Part shown: piece after piece, positions 63,703 to 64,000 of the stretch | Numbering within the stretch: position 1 is the stretch's first letter | How the letters are laid out: each line of letters opens with the position of its first letter | Assembly (NCBI GenBank): GCA_963714095.1 | Contig: OY970230.1 | Coordinates: 70,206 to 134,205 of the forward strand | Direction of reading: 5' to 3' | DNA length: 64,000 nt | Source: Candidatus Gottesmanbacteria bacterium | GTDB lineage: Bacteria > Patescibacteriota > Microgenomatia > UBA10105 > UBA927 | Position numbers and translations under genes: made by a program | The notes under the pieces: model-generated | Told to the model about the DNA's origin: nothing | What the model saw: only the letters and a program-made list of their open reading frames with translations | Databases searched by the model: none

Positions 63703-64000
63703 TTAAAATATCAGAATGCTTCCTCCCACAACCCCTACGACTGGCCGGTTCTCAAATTGCGGATCGTGATTATATCCGCAGTAATACCAGTTGGAAACGC
63801 TTATGGCGACCATGATTTTTGTTGAAGCATACGGTAAGTTGATATGATGGAACGCACAAATATCCTCAAAGCGGTGGCTCCCGTACGCAAAATCACTGAC
63901 AAGACCATACCGGTCCCCGTTATCACGCCCGAAGTAGGAAAAGCTGACAAACCCGGGTCGTATTGTTTGTATATACCGCTCAAAATCCGGCAGACTTTGG
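63703..64000 (-). CDS. Hypothetical protein, C-terminal fragment (5' end beyond window)
   Basis: A 99-codon frame is open from the window edge to TAA at 63703–63705. It is preferred over the listed 63801–63983 ORF, which lies in another frame of the same strand. Confidence 0.3.
   Translation of the reverse strand, partial: QSLPDFERYIQTIRPGFVSFSYFGRDNGDRYGLVSDFAYGSHRFEDICAFHHINLPYASTKIMVAISVSNWYYCGYNHDPQFENRPVVGVVGGSILIF

Noticed and set aside
63801-63983. Listed 60-aa ORF at the right edge
   Set aside because: A different frame on the same strand is open for 99 codons from the window edge to a TAA at 63703, and is the more probable coding frame.

Overview
This is a 64 kb window from an AT-rich, uncultivated-looking bacterium. 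Tight 4-bp gene overlaps, a split transketolase, PolX and MurT/GatD are compatible with a CPR/Patescibacteria- or Firmicute-like genome, but that is a guess. The window has three parts. (i) 1–4.5 kb is a glycan-modification cluster: epimerase C-terminus, Zn-ribbon SAM methyltransferase, split transketolase, GT2 polyprenyl-phosphate glycosyltransferase and an S/T/P-rich secreted protein. (ii) About 5.1–28.7 kb is an accessory or defence island that ends next to tRNA-Lys(UUU) and looks like a decaying integrative or conjugative element. Its mobility and restriction genes are all broken by frameshifts: the type I R-M operon hsdM-hsdS-hsdR plus a YgjP-like peptidase, a VirD4/TraG-like coupling ATPase in at least four pieces, a large serine recombinase in about five pieces, and a DUF2958 gene. 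A set of small or unknown genes in the same island is intact: a single-HKD PLD nuclease, an XRE-family HTH, a two-gene cassette bracketed by ~52-bp direct repeats, a 606-aa ORF, an AlbA_2/Schlafen-like protein, a replication-relaxation protein and an AbiEii-like nucleotidyltransferase pair. (iii) 28.7–64 kb is intact core genome: rplS, pyrG, pyrE/F/K/D/C/B plus two further OTC-like carbamoyltransferases, the atpBEFHAGDC operon with an atpZ-like gene, dnaE, a GGDEF-family gene inside the gatCAB–dnaE operon, murT/gatD, htpX, lemA, polX, tRNA-Asp/Gly/Thr, a LysM protein, and envelope glycosylation genes (O-antigen-ligase-like, GT2, GT-C-like). The most interesting candidates for something undescribed are the repeat-bracketed cassette at 6168–8320, the shared TAGGGATAGTATA motif family, and the intact unknown genes embedded in the dead R-M/mobile-element context. 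All calls come from reading motifs in the translated ORFs; no database search was run.
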